This document shows positions 1 to 9,117 of a stretch of DNA of 64,000 nucleotides, one piece after another (position 1 is the stretch's first letter; every line of letters starts with the position of its first letter). Below the pieces are notes generated by a model. It was not told the DNA's origin. It was given only the letters and a program-made list of their open reading frames with translations, and made no database searches. This DNA comes from Hyalangium minutum. Its GTDB lineage: Bacteria > Myxococcota > Myxococcia > Myxococcales > Myxococcaceae. The stretch is from positions 933,509-997,508 of the forward strand of contig NZ_JMCB01000001.1 in assembly GCF_000737315.1 (NCBI RefSeq), given 5' to 3'. A program made the translations under genes and the position numbers.

Positions 1-1
1 C

Positions 2-703
2 GGCGCTGTCGGACTGACCCCCTCGAAGCGAGACATCCTCGAACGCGCCTGGTCCAAGTATTGGTACTTCGCGGAGGAGGCGCTGCCGGGACGCGTGGAG
101 GAGCTGCTGCGGCTGTTGCCGGCCGCGCGGACGTACGGGCTGACGGCGCCGCTGGAGAACTTCCTGAAGCGGCACACGGACGAGGTGCTCTCCATCGTCC
201 TGGACGTGCCGCTGGAGAGCCCAGAGCGGCGGGCCAGCTCCGTGAACTGGACGCAGAAGCTGATCGCCGCGTGCACACCGGATCCTCAGGCGGTGGACCA
301 GTTCTGCATCCCCGCGCTGCCGGAGCCGTACATGAGCTGGCTGCAGGGCACCTCGCTGCTGCAGGGCTTCTCCTCGCCGTGGCAGGGGCCGCTGCACTCG
401 GCGTGGCTGAACCACTACCTGGATGATCCGTTCGCGTCGCTGGGCTTCATCCGGGCGAGTGAGCTGCTGGAGAAGCTGCGGAAGCGGCCGGTGCGTCCGC
501 CGGACTTCCACTGGGCCCTGCGGCGATTCCGGGCGTACCTGCGGCTGACGCTGCCCAAGGGGGCGCCCATCCCCAGCAAGGCGCAGTTGGAGCAGTTCGC
601 GGACGAGCACCTGGGGCCGCGCTTCGAGCAGTACCTCGAGTTCCTGGCGCCCATCGCCGCGCGCGAGAGCGGCGTGTTCACTTGGCAGACGAAGTACGGG
701 TAG
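2..703 (+). CDS. Hypothetical protein, 5'-truncated by the window edge
   Basis: The frame of ORF 95..703 is open back to position 2 (GAVGLTPSKRDILERAWSKYWYFAEEALPGRVEELL...) with strong GC3 bias. No motif recognised. Confidence 0.7.
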   Translation, partial: GAVGLTPSKRDILERAWSKYWYFAEEALPGRVEELLRLLPAARTYGLTAPLENFLKRHTDEVLSIVLDVPLESPERRASSVNWTQKLIAACTPDPQAVDQFCIPALPEPYMSWLQGTSLLQGFSSPWQGPLHSAWLNHYLDDPFASLGFIRASELLEKLRKRPVRPPDFHWALRRFRAYLRLTLPKGAPIPSKAQLEQFADEHLGPRFEQYLEFLAPIAARESGVFTWQTKYG

Positions 704-756
704 GCGCTCCCTTCGAGGTGGGTGCGGTAGAGTTCACTCTCCGCCAAGGTGCCCCC

Positions 757-2664
757 ATGCCCACCCGCTTTCGTTTCGCCGCGCTGCTCGGTGCGGCCGT
801 CCTGCTGTGCGCGTGTCCCCCCAAGAAGAATCCCGCCGAGGAGCCGCCCGTCGCGGATGGCGCGGGGTTTCCGCTCGAGTACGCCACGCCCCGCGTCGAA
901 GGCGGCGATCCGCGGGTGCTCCAGCAGGTGGAGGCGATGGGCGACAGCGTCTACCTGGACACCGTCAACGTGTTCGTCTCGTTCGACAAGCGCCGCACCT
1001 GGAAGGAGATCAACGCCGCGGCACTCGGCTCCATCACGAAGTGGGTCTTCGTCACGCCGACGGCGGGCCTCGCCCTTACCGGCAAGCACGGCCTGGCCTA
1101 CATCGAGCTGGACAAGGACATCATCTACTACCTCAACAATGAGCCAGCCTGGAGCGCGTGGGGGTACCGCGAGGATGGAACCCTGTTCACCGTGCGGGAG
1201 CAGGTGGATCCCGGCTCGCCCCAGAGGGGTGACGAGAAGGTGCGGGTGTGGCTCGGGCGCCGACGGGACTTCACCCAGGACGCGCCCTGGCCCGAGGTGG
1301 AGCTGCCGGGCCTCCCGTTCAGCTACCGCACGTACCGAAGCTCCGTGCACTTCGGCGCGGACGGGGCGCTCTACGTGGCCTCGTACTTCGGGCTCCAGGT
1401 GTCACGGGATGAGGGCCAGACCTGGCAGCAGGTGCCGGTGATGCCGGACGAGCAAGGCTCGATCGACTGGAGCGGCGTGGATCTGTTCGTGACGCGCGCG
1501 GGCACCCTCTTCGCGCGCACACCGAACACGTCCTTCGTCTCGCGCGACGGCGGCACGAGCTGGGCGCAAGCACCGATGCCGGGGGGGCTGGCGAACCGGT
1601 CCTCGATGATGAAGATGGAGGAGCCCGTCCCCGGCGAGCTGCACTTCCGGGACGTGGCCTACCGCTCCACCGACGAGGGGCGCAGCTACCAGCAGGTCTT
1701 CACGCTGGAGCGCTACGGGTTCACGCACTCCCTGGAGACGCTCTTCTTCCGGGGCGGCGAGTACTATTTCAACCTGAACTTGTTCAGCAACTTCGTCGGG
1801 GCCACGCCGGACACGGCGCTCGGCATCCTGAATCCCCCCCAGGTCAGCGCTCTGGGTCCGTCCAACCTGAGCCGCGCCTTCCCTCTGGGCGGTGGGCGCT
1901 ACGCGGGGCTCTGGAACCGATCCGTCATCACCTACACCCCGGGTGACGTCGAGTGGAAGGTGGAGCACTTCTTCGACAACACGTACTTCCTTCACCGGCT
2001 GCGCGACGGGCGTCTGGCGCTCGCGCACCACCTGGGCCTGCGCTTCTCACGAGACGAGGGGGTCACGTGGAGCGAGCCGCTCCGGCTGTCGGGTGCGAGC
2101 ACCAACTCGGTCTCCATCAAGGCGCTCGTGGAGGCACAGGGGAGACTGTTCGTGAGCGGGCCCGATAACGCCTCCTGCAGGACACGCGCGCTGCTGGAGA
2201 GCCGCGACGAGGGCGCGAGCTGGCAGCCCGTCACCGCGCAGATCATCCAGAATCCCGAGCAGTCGCCGGTGAGCCTCAGCTACCAGCCGGAGGTGACCAC
2301 CGCGGACGGGAGCGGCCGGCTCCTGGGCTCCGTGTCGGATCTATCCAGTTGCCGGGCCGAGGGCTCCTTCGCCGTGAGCTCGGAGGACCTGGGCCGCACT
2401 TGGCAGGGATTCAAGGACCGCGTGCCGCTCGCCGCGACGAGCAGCGGCAACCTGCTGGCCATCCAGGACGACTCGGCGGGAGAGGCCGTCCTGCTGCGGG
2501 CTCGTTCGAGCGACGAGTGGAGGCCCTTCGGAGCACCGAAAGTCGACGGGGTGACGGTCCCCAACCTCTTCGTGGGCCAGCCCTTCATCCACGTGGACGC
2601 CGAGGACTTCGTCTATTTCGTGGACGGTCAACGCGTGCTGAAGTCGACCCAGCCGGTGAGGTGA
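757..2664 (+). CDS. Lipoprotein with BNR/Asp-box repeats (sialidase-like beta-propeller)
   Basis: ATG at 757 begins a signal peptide with lipobox (AAVLLCAC). Repeated S-x-D-x-G-x-T/S-W boxes: SRDEGQTW, SRDGGTSW, STDEGRSY, SRDEGVTW, SRDEGASW, SEDLGRTW. Confidence 0.8.
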   Translation: MPTRFRFAALLGAAVLLCACPPKKNPAEEPPVADGAGFPLEYATPRVEGGDPRVLQQVEAMGDSVYLDTVNVFVSFDKRRTWKEINAAALGSITKWVFVTPTAGLALTGKHGLAYIELDKDIIYYLNNEPAWSAWGYREDGTLFTVREQVDPGSPQRGDEKVRVWLGRRRDFTQDAPWPEVELPGLPFSYRTYRSSVHFGADGALYVASYFGLQVSRDEGQTWQQVPVMPDEQGSIDWSGVDLFVTRAGTLFARTPNTSFVSRDGGTSWAQAPMPGGLANRSSMMKMEEPVPGELHFRDVAYRSTDEGRSYQQVFTLERYGFTHSLETLFFRGGEYYFNLNLFSNFVGATPDTALGILNPPQVSALGPSNLSRAFPLGGGRYAGLWNRSVITYTPGDVEWKVEHFFDNTYFLHRLRDGRLALAHHLGLRFSRDEGVTWSEPLRLSGASTNSVSIKALVEAQGRLFVSGPDNASCRTRALLESRDEGASWQPVTAQIIQNPEQSPVSLSYQPEVTTADGSGRLLGSVSDLSSCRAEGSFAVSSEDLGRTWQGFKDRVPLAATSSGNLLAIQDDSAGEAVLLRARSSDEWRPFGAPKVDGVTVPNLFVGQPFIHVDAEDFVYFVDGQRVLKSTQPVR

Positions 2665-4510
2665 CGAGGAAGGGCGTCTCGGTCTCCGGCTTCACGCGGG
2701 TCAGGGTCTGGACGGCCACGTTGCCATCCGGGCCCACATAGGCCACGTCCTGGCCGAGCACCGCGAGCGGCAGCTCCTTTCGCCTCGAATCCTCGGGCCA
2801 CACGTCCTCCTGTCTCTTGGACGCGAGCCAGCGCGCCTTCGCCGGGTCGCTCACGTCCGCCAGGAGCAGCCGCCCTAAGGAGTCAACAACCGCGAGGAGC
2901 GCTGCCCCCACGAAGGCCACCTCTCCCAGCCGGACATCCGGGCGCTCCAGCCGTGCCACCGTCTCGCCGCTGCGGGGATCGATGACCCGAATAGAGCACT
3001 GCGCATCGCGGTAGTTATCGCTTCCATCCACGCTGACGGCGATCCAGCCACGCTCGGAGACGGCGAGCCCCCGTACAATCCCCTCTCCTTCGTCGCTCTC
3101 GATCTCGAGCGATATGTCGCGGATCGCCTCCGGTGTGCTCCCCAGCCTCCAAAGGTGGAGGGCCTTGTCCACAGTCACCAGCCATGCGTCCTTCGGACCA
3201 AAGGCGCACGCCTGTGCTGGCTCGTCGTGCGGAAGCTCCGCGATGCGCGAGCGCCGCTTCAGATCCCACAGCTCGACGTTCTCCTGGGCCGGCGCCGCGA
3301 GCAGCGTGCCTCCTCGCGAGAGGGCAAGAGCGCCAGAGGCGTACGTGGAGAGCTCGAAGACCGAGGACACTTTCGGATCGAGTTTCTTCCCGACAAAGAT
3401 CCGCTCGTAGTCCAGCCGCACCAGCAACCCCGACGCGAGTCCCTTCACGTCGGTGGGAGGAAACTCCGCTGGAATCTCTGTCATCTCGCCCGTCGCGCGA
3501 TTCCACGAGACGTAGGATTTCGGCGACGCGGCCACCACCGCTTTCGGGGTGAGCGTGAGACCCAGGATCGGCACCGGCGCCGCATCCTTCACAACGGGCT
3601 TTCCGTCCTTCGCCGACCAGACGCTCAGGGCCCCGGCAGTGGAGCCGGTAGCGAGCCAGCGGCCATCGGGAGAGAGTACGGTGGCCGAGCCCTGGTCATG
3701 CCGCGGGGGGACCTCGATTGTCAGCTCCTCGGCCCGGTCCGCGATGCGCCAGGAGCGCAACCGGTGCTCGTTGCCCAACGAGAACGCACGCGCTCCATCC
3801 GGAGAGAAGCAGACCCACCGGCACCCCGCATCGCTCCCCTCCTGGAACGCGTGCCGACCCACGAAGGACGACACGAGCCGGGGGCTGTCCAGCTGCAACA
3901 GCTCGATCTTTCCGGTCCCATGGCCCACGAGGAGGCTCTCTGCCGTGGGCGAGAACGCGAGGGCGAGCACTTTGGTGTCCTTGTGCTTCGCCCGCTCCTT
4001 CCCGCTGCGCACGTCATACAGGCGGGTCATCCCCTTCGAAGAACCTGTCGCCAGCAGCCCGCCGTCCGCGCTGAAGGCGACGGCGTAGATGTCCCCTTCC
4101 TTCTCTTTCACGGTGTGGACGACCTTGCCCCGCTTCGTCTCCCGGATCTGGGCGGTCGCCTTCTCCACGGTGGCGAGCCACGCGCCGTCCGGACTCACTG
4201 CGGCGAGGTGGAGATCCTGGTGGCCCTTCACCGTCCAGACCGTCTTCCCGCTCGCGGAGATCCGGTGGATCTTCCCCCACGACGAGGCGATGAGGTCCCC
4301 ATCCGGCAAGACGCGGATGCCGCTCCAGACACCTGGGAGCTCTTGCTGGGCGACGATGGCGCCGCTCTTCGCGCCGAAGGACACGCACCGGGAGAAGTCC
4401 TCCCCTGGAACAATCGCCACCAGGGTGCGCGAGTCCGGGGAGAAGGAAATCCCCATGAAGGTGCCAGGAGCGTTGAAGCGGGCCGAGCCATAGACGCGAC
4501 GAGCGGTCAT
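2585..4510 (-). CDS. WD40-repeat protein
   Basis: Multiple WD40 blades (IYAVAFSADGGLLATGSSKGMTRLYD, VCFSPDGARAFSLGNEHRLRSW, LSPDGRWLATGSTAGALSVW). Confidence 0.85.
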   Translation of the reverse strand: MTARRVYGSARFNAPGTFMGISFSPDSRTLVAIVPGEDFSRCVSFGAKSGAIVAQQELPGVWSGIRVLPDGDLIASSWGKIHRISASGKTVWTVKGHQDLHLAAVSPDGAWLATVEKATAQIRETKRGKVVHTVKEKEGDIYAVAFSADGGLLATGSSKGMTRLYDVRSGKERAKHKDTKVLALAFSPTAESLLVGHGTGKIELLQLDSPRLVSSFVGRHAFQEGSDAGCRWVCFSPDGARAFSLGNEHRLRSWRIADRAEELTIEVPPRHDQGSATVLSPDGRWLATGSTAGALSVWSAKDGKPVVKDAAPVPILGLTLTPKAVVAASPKSYVSWNRATGEMTEIPAEFPPTDVKGLASGLLVRLDYERIFVGKKLDPKVSSVFELSTYASGALALSRGGTLLAAPAQENVELWDLKRRSRIAELPHDEPAQACAFGPKDAWLVTVDKALHLWRLGSTPEAIRDISLEIESDEGEGIVRGLAVSERGWIAVSVDGSDNYRDAQCSIRVIDPRSGETVARLERPDVRLGEVAFVGAALLAVVDSLGRLLLADVSDPAKARWLASKRQEDVWPEDSRRKELPLAVLGQDVAYVGPDGNVAVQTLTRVKPETETPFLVTSPAGSTSARVDRPRNRRSPRRPRG

Positions 4511-4678
4511 GGCAGTGTCATCTAACGCAATCAGTCCGGCAGTTCGAGCGGCTCAGCGCCAGAATGATCCTGTCCTGCAAGCCACACATTGAGCGGCCGA
4601 GGACACGGGCCATGGTGGAGGTTTCTCACTGTTGCTATCAGGGACCAACCGCGCCGGCAGCGCGAAGGAGACCCCGTC

Positions 4679-6208
4679 ATGACGCCCAACGCATCCGCAT
4701 CTTCTGTGCGCTACACGCTCCCCTGGAGAGTGACCGCAGCAGCATGGCTGCTCACGCTCGGAGGATGCAGTTCCACTCCCGAACCGCCACCCCAGCTCCC
4801 ATGCGAGAGCTTCCGTGGACGAACCCTGGAGGAGGCGCAAATCACCGGGGCCGAGCTCGTCGCCGCCTCCGGCTCGATGCTTGAATACTGCAAGGTCACG
4901 GGCACGCTTCCCCCCTCTCTCGACTTCGAAGTGCGTCTGCCCACGGCGTGGAATGAAAAGACGCTCTATGCTGGAGGCGGCGGCTTCGACGGGTCAATTC
5001 CCAGCACAGACTCCTATACGTCGAGAGGCTATGCCTCCATCGCCTCGAATGGCGGACATACGGCCGATGTCGTGGACGCCTCATTCGCCCTGGATGCCCA
5101 GAAGCTCAACGACTTCGCGTACCTCTCCACCCACCGCGTGCTGCCCATCGCAAAGACGCTCATCCAGGAGCGCTACGGCAAGAGCGCCCGAAAGACCTAC
5201 TTCGAGGGGTGCTCCAATGGGGGCCGGGAGGCGCTGATCGAAGCACAGCGGTGGCCGGAAGACTTCGATGGAATCATCTCCCGAGCTCCCGCCTACAACT
5301 TCGTGGAGCTGATGATTGCCTTCAACCAGATCACCCAGCAGCTCGTGAAGCCTGGCGCCCATCTTCCTCCCGAGAAGCTCCGGCTCCTAGGCAAGGCGGT
5401 CCTCGATGCGTGTGATGCGAAGGATGGCGTCGCGGACGGCATCCTTTCCCTTTCCTCGGCCTGCCAGTTCGATCCCTCCGTCCTCCAGTGCGCCGGGGCT
5501 GACCAGGATGACTGTCTGACAGCCGTGCAGGTGAGCTCCGCCAAGACGATCTACTCCCCCACGCTTCTCAACGGCACGGTCATCAATCCGGGATGGCCTG
5601 CCGGAGGAGAGGCCGATCCGGAGGGCTGGGGCGTCTGGCTCACGGGCGATGGAAACGCCATCCTCTCCGTTGCCAACTTCTTCGGGAGCAGCATGGTCAA
5701 GTACTTCATCACCCGGGATCCGAACTTCGACCCGCTGACCTTCGAGCCCAACGCCTGGCAGTCACGGATCAACGAGACAGTGGCGTTGGTGTCGGCCAAC
5801 AACCCAGACCTGGGACGGTTCCGGGCGCGAAGCGGGAAGTTGATTCTCTGGCACGGAGGGGCCGATCCGGCCATCAGCGAGACGGGGACGGCGGAGTATT
5901 ACAAGCGCGTGGTCCAGGCCGCAGGCGGGCAGGCCGCGGCGGACGCGTTCGTCGAGTACTTCCCCGCTCCGGGGGTCAATCACTGCGGAGGTGGGGCTGG
6001 CGCCGACACGGTGGATCTCCTCACCGCCCTGGAGAACTGGGTCGAGAAGGGCGTGGCTCCTTCCCAAGCGAAGCTCGTGGCGACGAAGTTCAATCAGACA
6101 GGTGCGAGCGTCCTCTCCAGGCCTCTGTGCAAGTACCCGCGCTATCCCAGGTACAAGGGCACGGGAGATATCCACTCGGCCGATAGCTTCACCTGCGTCG
6201 ACCCCTGA
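4679..6208 (+). CDS. Tannase/feruloyl esterase family alpha/beta hydrolase, lipoprotein
   Basis: GCSNGG nucleophile motif, LWHGGAD, PGVNHCGGG and RPLCKYP. Lipobox LLTLGGC. RBS GAAGGAG before ATG 4679. Confidence 0.92.
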   Translation: MTPNASASSVRYTLPWRVTAAAWLLTLGGCSSTPEPPPQLPCESFRGRTLEEAQITGAELVAASGSMLEYCKVTGTLPPSLDFEVRLPTAWNEKTLYAGGGGFDGSIPSTDSYTSRGYASIASNGGHTADVVDASFALDAQKLNDFAYLSTHRVLPIAKTLIQERYGKSARKTYFEGCSNGGREALIEAQRWPEDFDGIISRAPAYNFVELMIAFNQITQQLVKPGAHLPPEKLRLLGKAVLDACDAKDGVADGILSLSSACQFDPSVLQCAGADQDDCLTAVQVSSAKTIYSPTLLNGTVINPGWPAGGEADPEGWGVWLTGDGNAILSVANFFGSSMVKYFITRDPNFDPLTFEPNAWQSRINETVALVSANNPDLGRFRARSGKLILWHGGADPAISETGTAEYYKRVVQAAGGQAAADAFVEYFPAPGVNHCGGGAGADTVDLLTALENWVEKGVAPSQAKLVATKFNQTGASVLSRPLCKYPRYPRYKGTGDIHSADSFTCVDP

Positions 6209-6330
6209 TACTTCGAAAGAAAAGCATTGGGGTCTTGAAGAAAAATCGTCATTCACTCGTAGTGAAGCCTGCGGCCAGCCGCCAGCCCCTCCAACCCTTG
6301 CATCCTGGGGCGCGCGTCTGGCCAAGGACT

Positions 6331-6351
6331 CCCACTCAATTCCTGGGTGGG
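6331..6351 (+). promoter_or_regulatory. 5'-leader hairpin, conserved with the paralog leader at 45922-45946
   Basis: Stem CCCACTCA/TGGGTGGG with loop ATTCC, 21 nt before ATG 6373. Confidence 0.35.
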
Positions 6352-6372
6352 GTTGCACGAGGCAGAAGCCCC

Positions 6373-8226
6373 ATGACGATTGACAACCACACCATCGAGC
6401 TCGCTCAACACAAATTCGTCACGAAACCCAGACGTGCTTCACCTCCAAGAGGGGGAGGCCGTGGGACCTTGTACTCGTTGCTCTCACTGTGTGCGGTACT
6501 GGCGGCCTGCGGCGCGAGCCAAACGGGCGAGCTCGAAGAGAGCCTCGCTCCCACGAACGCCAGAACCTCCGCCGCCGCGCTCGAGCTGTCGCCGGCGTCC
6601 CCAGTGAATCCCATACCGGGAGTCGTTCAAGCGGAGTACCAATCCGCGATCGCGGCAGGCAATGGCTTCTACTTCGTGGTCTGGACGGGCACCTCGGACA
6701 TCTTGGGCGTTCGCATCAACGCCCTCGATGGAACGCCGCTGGATGCCAGTCCTATCTCCATCGCGACAGGGGCCGCCCAGCAGACGGCACCCGCGGTGGC
6801 CTTCGACGGCACCCACTTCCTGGTGGTCTGGGAACAGGGCGCGGGAAACACCGAGCACCTCATTTACGGGACTCGCGTGAGGGCCTCGGATGGTGCGGTG
6901 ATCGACACGCCCTTCCTCATCAGCCGGATTCCCTATGGGCGCTATGGCACCTTTAGCCAGAGCCGACCGGCCGTGGCTTTCGATGGGACGAACTTCCTGG
7001 TGGTCTGGGAAGGCGTCTCCCCCATCTCCAGCATCTACGACTACGTCGGAGGCATCCAGGGTATCCGTGTGCGGGCCTCGGATGGGACCGTCATCGAGTC
7101 CACCCGCTTCGTCATCGGTTCTCCCCTCGGGAACGAGTCCTCATCGGGAGTTGGGGCCCGCGCCCGCGTGGCCTACAGGGACGGGAACTACCTGGTGACC
7201 TGGGCGAAGAATGGGACCGTTCTGGCAGCCCGTATCGAAGCGCAGGGGGGACAGCTGTTGGACAGCAGCCCCCTGATCGTGGGGTCTGGCAGCTTCCCGG
7301 CAGTGACCGCTCGGGACGGAGAGTTCCTGGTGGTGTGGTACGGCTCCAGCGCCCTGAAGGCCCGGCAGCTGAACTCCACGAGTGGCGCCCTGCTGGGTTC
7401 CGCGGACATCCTCGTGGGCCAGTTCCCCGTGAGTGCCCCGGAGGTCACCTTCGACGGGCAGGACTACCGGATTCTCTGGGAGGGCGTGCGCGGAGGGATG
7501 GGTCTCAAGTTCGTCGCCTCGCGGCTGTCAACGCAGGGGACGGTGGCCACCTCCGCGGAGGTGGAACTCTCCAACCTGACGATGGGCACAGGTCTGGAGC
7601 GTGGAGGAATCGCCGCGGTGGCTCCGGGCCGGTTCCTGACGAGCTACTACGGACCTGACGCGAGCGGGATGGCCCGAACCTTCCTGCGGCGCGTGACGGA
7701 TCTCCCGGAGTGCACGACGGGGGAGCTCAGCCTGGAGATCCAGGGCTCGGCGGAGCTGGTGCTGGAGTGCGGCTCGGGCACCTACAGCGATGCGGGCGCC
7801 CTCGCGTTCGACGGGTGCGGCAACCCTTTGACGGTGCACGGGTACAACACGGGCAATGACTCGAGCGGGCCGGGGCCCAACCTGAGCCAGGAGGGCACCT
7901 ACTCGGTCTCGTACGCCGCGTGGGGTACCAACGGTGGCCAGGCGTTCGCGACGCGGACGGTGATCGTAGACGACCGGACGGCCCCGACGCTCACGCTCAT
8001 TGGCCCGGCCATCATGACGCACACGTGTGGCAGCCAGTGGGTGGATCCCGGCGTGCAGGCGACGGACGCGTGCTACGGGAACCTCACGCCGCAGGTGTGG
8101 CACACCGGCGAGGTGAATGGCTGGGCGGTGGGCACGTACACGGTGACGTACACGCTGACGGACAGCGGCGGTAACAGCGCTCCGCCCGTCACGCGCACCG
8201 TGAATGTCGTCAACTGCCCCTGGTAG
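6373..8226 (+). CDS. Secreted/lipoprotein with F/Y-LVVW repeat domain and C-terminal Ig-like (DUF5011-type) domains
   Basis: Lipobox-like AVLAAC. Repeats of AVAFDGTxFLVVW. C-terminal Cys-containing Ig-like tail ending VTRTVNVVNCPW. Paralog of 45970..48912. Confidence 0.8.
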   Translation: MTIDNHTIELAQHKFVTKPRRASPPRGGGRGTLYSLLSLCAVLAACGASQTGELEESLAPTNARTSAAALELSPASPVNPIPGVVQAEYQSAIAAGNGFYFVVWTGTSDILGVRINALDGTPLDASPISIATGAAQQTAPAVAFDGTHFLVVWEQGAGNTEHLIYGTRVRASDGAVIDTPFLISRIPYGRYGTFSQSRPAVAFDGTNFLVVWEGVSPISSIYDYVGGIQGIRVRASDGTVIESTRFVIGSPLGNESSSGVGARARVAYRDGNYLVTWAKNGTVLAARIEAQGGQLLDSSPLIVGSGSFPAVTARDGEFLVVWYGSSALKARQLNSTSGALLGSADILVGQFPVSAPEVTFDGQDYRILWEGVRGGMGLKFVASRLSTQGTVATSAEVELSNLTMGTGLERGGIAAVAPGRFLTSYYGPDASGMARTFLRRVTDLPECTTGELSLEIQGSAELVLECGSGTYSDAGALAFDGCGNPLTVHGYNTGNDSSGPGPNLSQEGTYSVSYAAWGTNGGQAFATRTVIVDDRTAPTLTLIGPAIMTHTCGSQWVDPGVQATDACYGNLTPQVWHTGEVNGWAVGTYTVTYTLTDSGGNSAPPVTRTVNVVNCPW

Positions 8227-8244
8227 CGAAGAAGACGGAAGCAG

Positions 8245-8279
8245 CCTGCCCCCTCACTGTGGCACGGGGAGGGGGCAGG
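8245..8279 (+). terminator. Hairpin between convergent genes
   Basis: Perfect 11-bp inverted repeat CCTGCCCCCTC...GAGGGGGCAGG right after stop 8226. Confidence 0.6.
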
Positions 8280-8285
8280 AGTTCC

Positions 8286-8824
8286 TCAACGGCCTTGCGC
8301 ACGCTCGACCCGGACCCACAACTCGGGGTCCTCGAGCCGCTTCGCGATGGCCGCGGCGCGGGCCAGCGTGCTCGCAGAGGCCGGTGTCCCCTGGATGCGC
8401 GCGACCATCAGCAGGCCCATCACCCGCAGGCGCACGTACCCACCGTCGCCCGCATGCTCGCAGGCACGCTGCGCCATCCTGAGCGCCTCCTCGCGGGCAC
8501 CTTGACGATGGAGACCGAACGCCAGCCCAGCGTCTCGGCGATAGCTGGCAAAGGAATGCACGTCCTCGACTGGCAGGGAGCGATACAGCGCGAGCGCTCG
8601 GGAGAAGTCGCCCCGCCGGTTGGCATCGAAGGCCTCGTGATCGATCAGGCGAGCCTGGAAGCACGCAGCGTCCGCTGGGTCCAGCTCCGCTCGGGCTGAG
8701 TCCAGAACGCTTCGGGCGCTCTCCAGGTGTGGGCGCGCCGCGGCCTCCGCGCGCTTCCGTGCTCCGTCACGAGGGCTTCCACGCAGTCGGCCCACGTGTA
8801 GCCGATGGGCGCCTGGGTCTCGGT
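8286..8824 (-). pseudogene. Frameshifted or internally deleted gene remnant (helical/TPR-like C-terminus)
   Basis: 8824-8753 reads TETQAPIGYTWADCVEALVTEHGS with 22/24 GC3. The coding signal then switches at ~8755 to the frame of ORF 8286..8795, whose first 12 codons have only 5/12 GC3. Confidence 0.55.
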
Positions 8825-8841
8825 GGAGCGCTGTCCGGTTT

Positions 8842-9114
8842 ATGGGTTCGCCCTACGGATGCGTGTGGGACGACTTCGCGGTCCGCGAGCCCGCCGAGGC
8901 CGAGGCTCGCCTTGCAGCAGCCGCGGCAGCGCTCCCCGAGGATCTCCGGGCACGCCTTCCGATGCCTCCGGCTGGCGAGGGCCGGGCCCCCTGGTACCGC
9001 GGCACCTTCCACGTCAACCTCCCGGACGCGCCTGACGGCCATGCCGTGGTGGAGCTCAAGGACGGGCGCGTGCGGCTGGAGACGGTCTCCGCTGGCCTGC
9101 AGCCGCGCGCGTGA
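8842..9114 (+). CDS. Small hypothetical protein or C-terminal gene remnant
   Basis: 90-aa ORF with high GC3 and no clear RBS. Its stop abuts the P450 stop. Confidence 0.45.
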   Translation: MGSPYGCVWDDFAVREPAEAEARLAAAAAALPEDLRARLPMPPAGEGRAPWYRGTFHVNLPDAPDGHAVVELKDGRVRLETVSAGLQPRA

Positions 9115-9117
9115 CGG

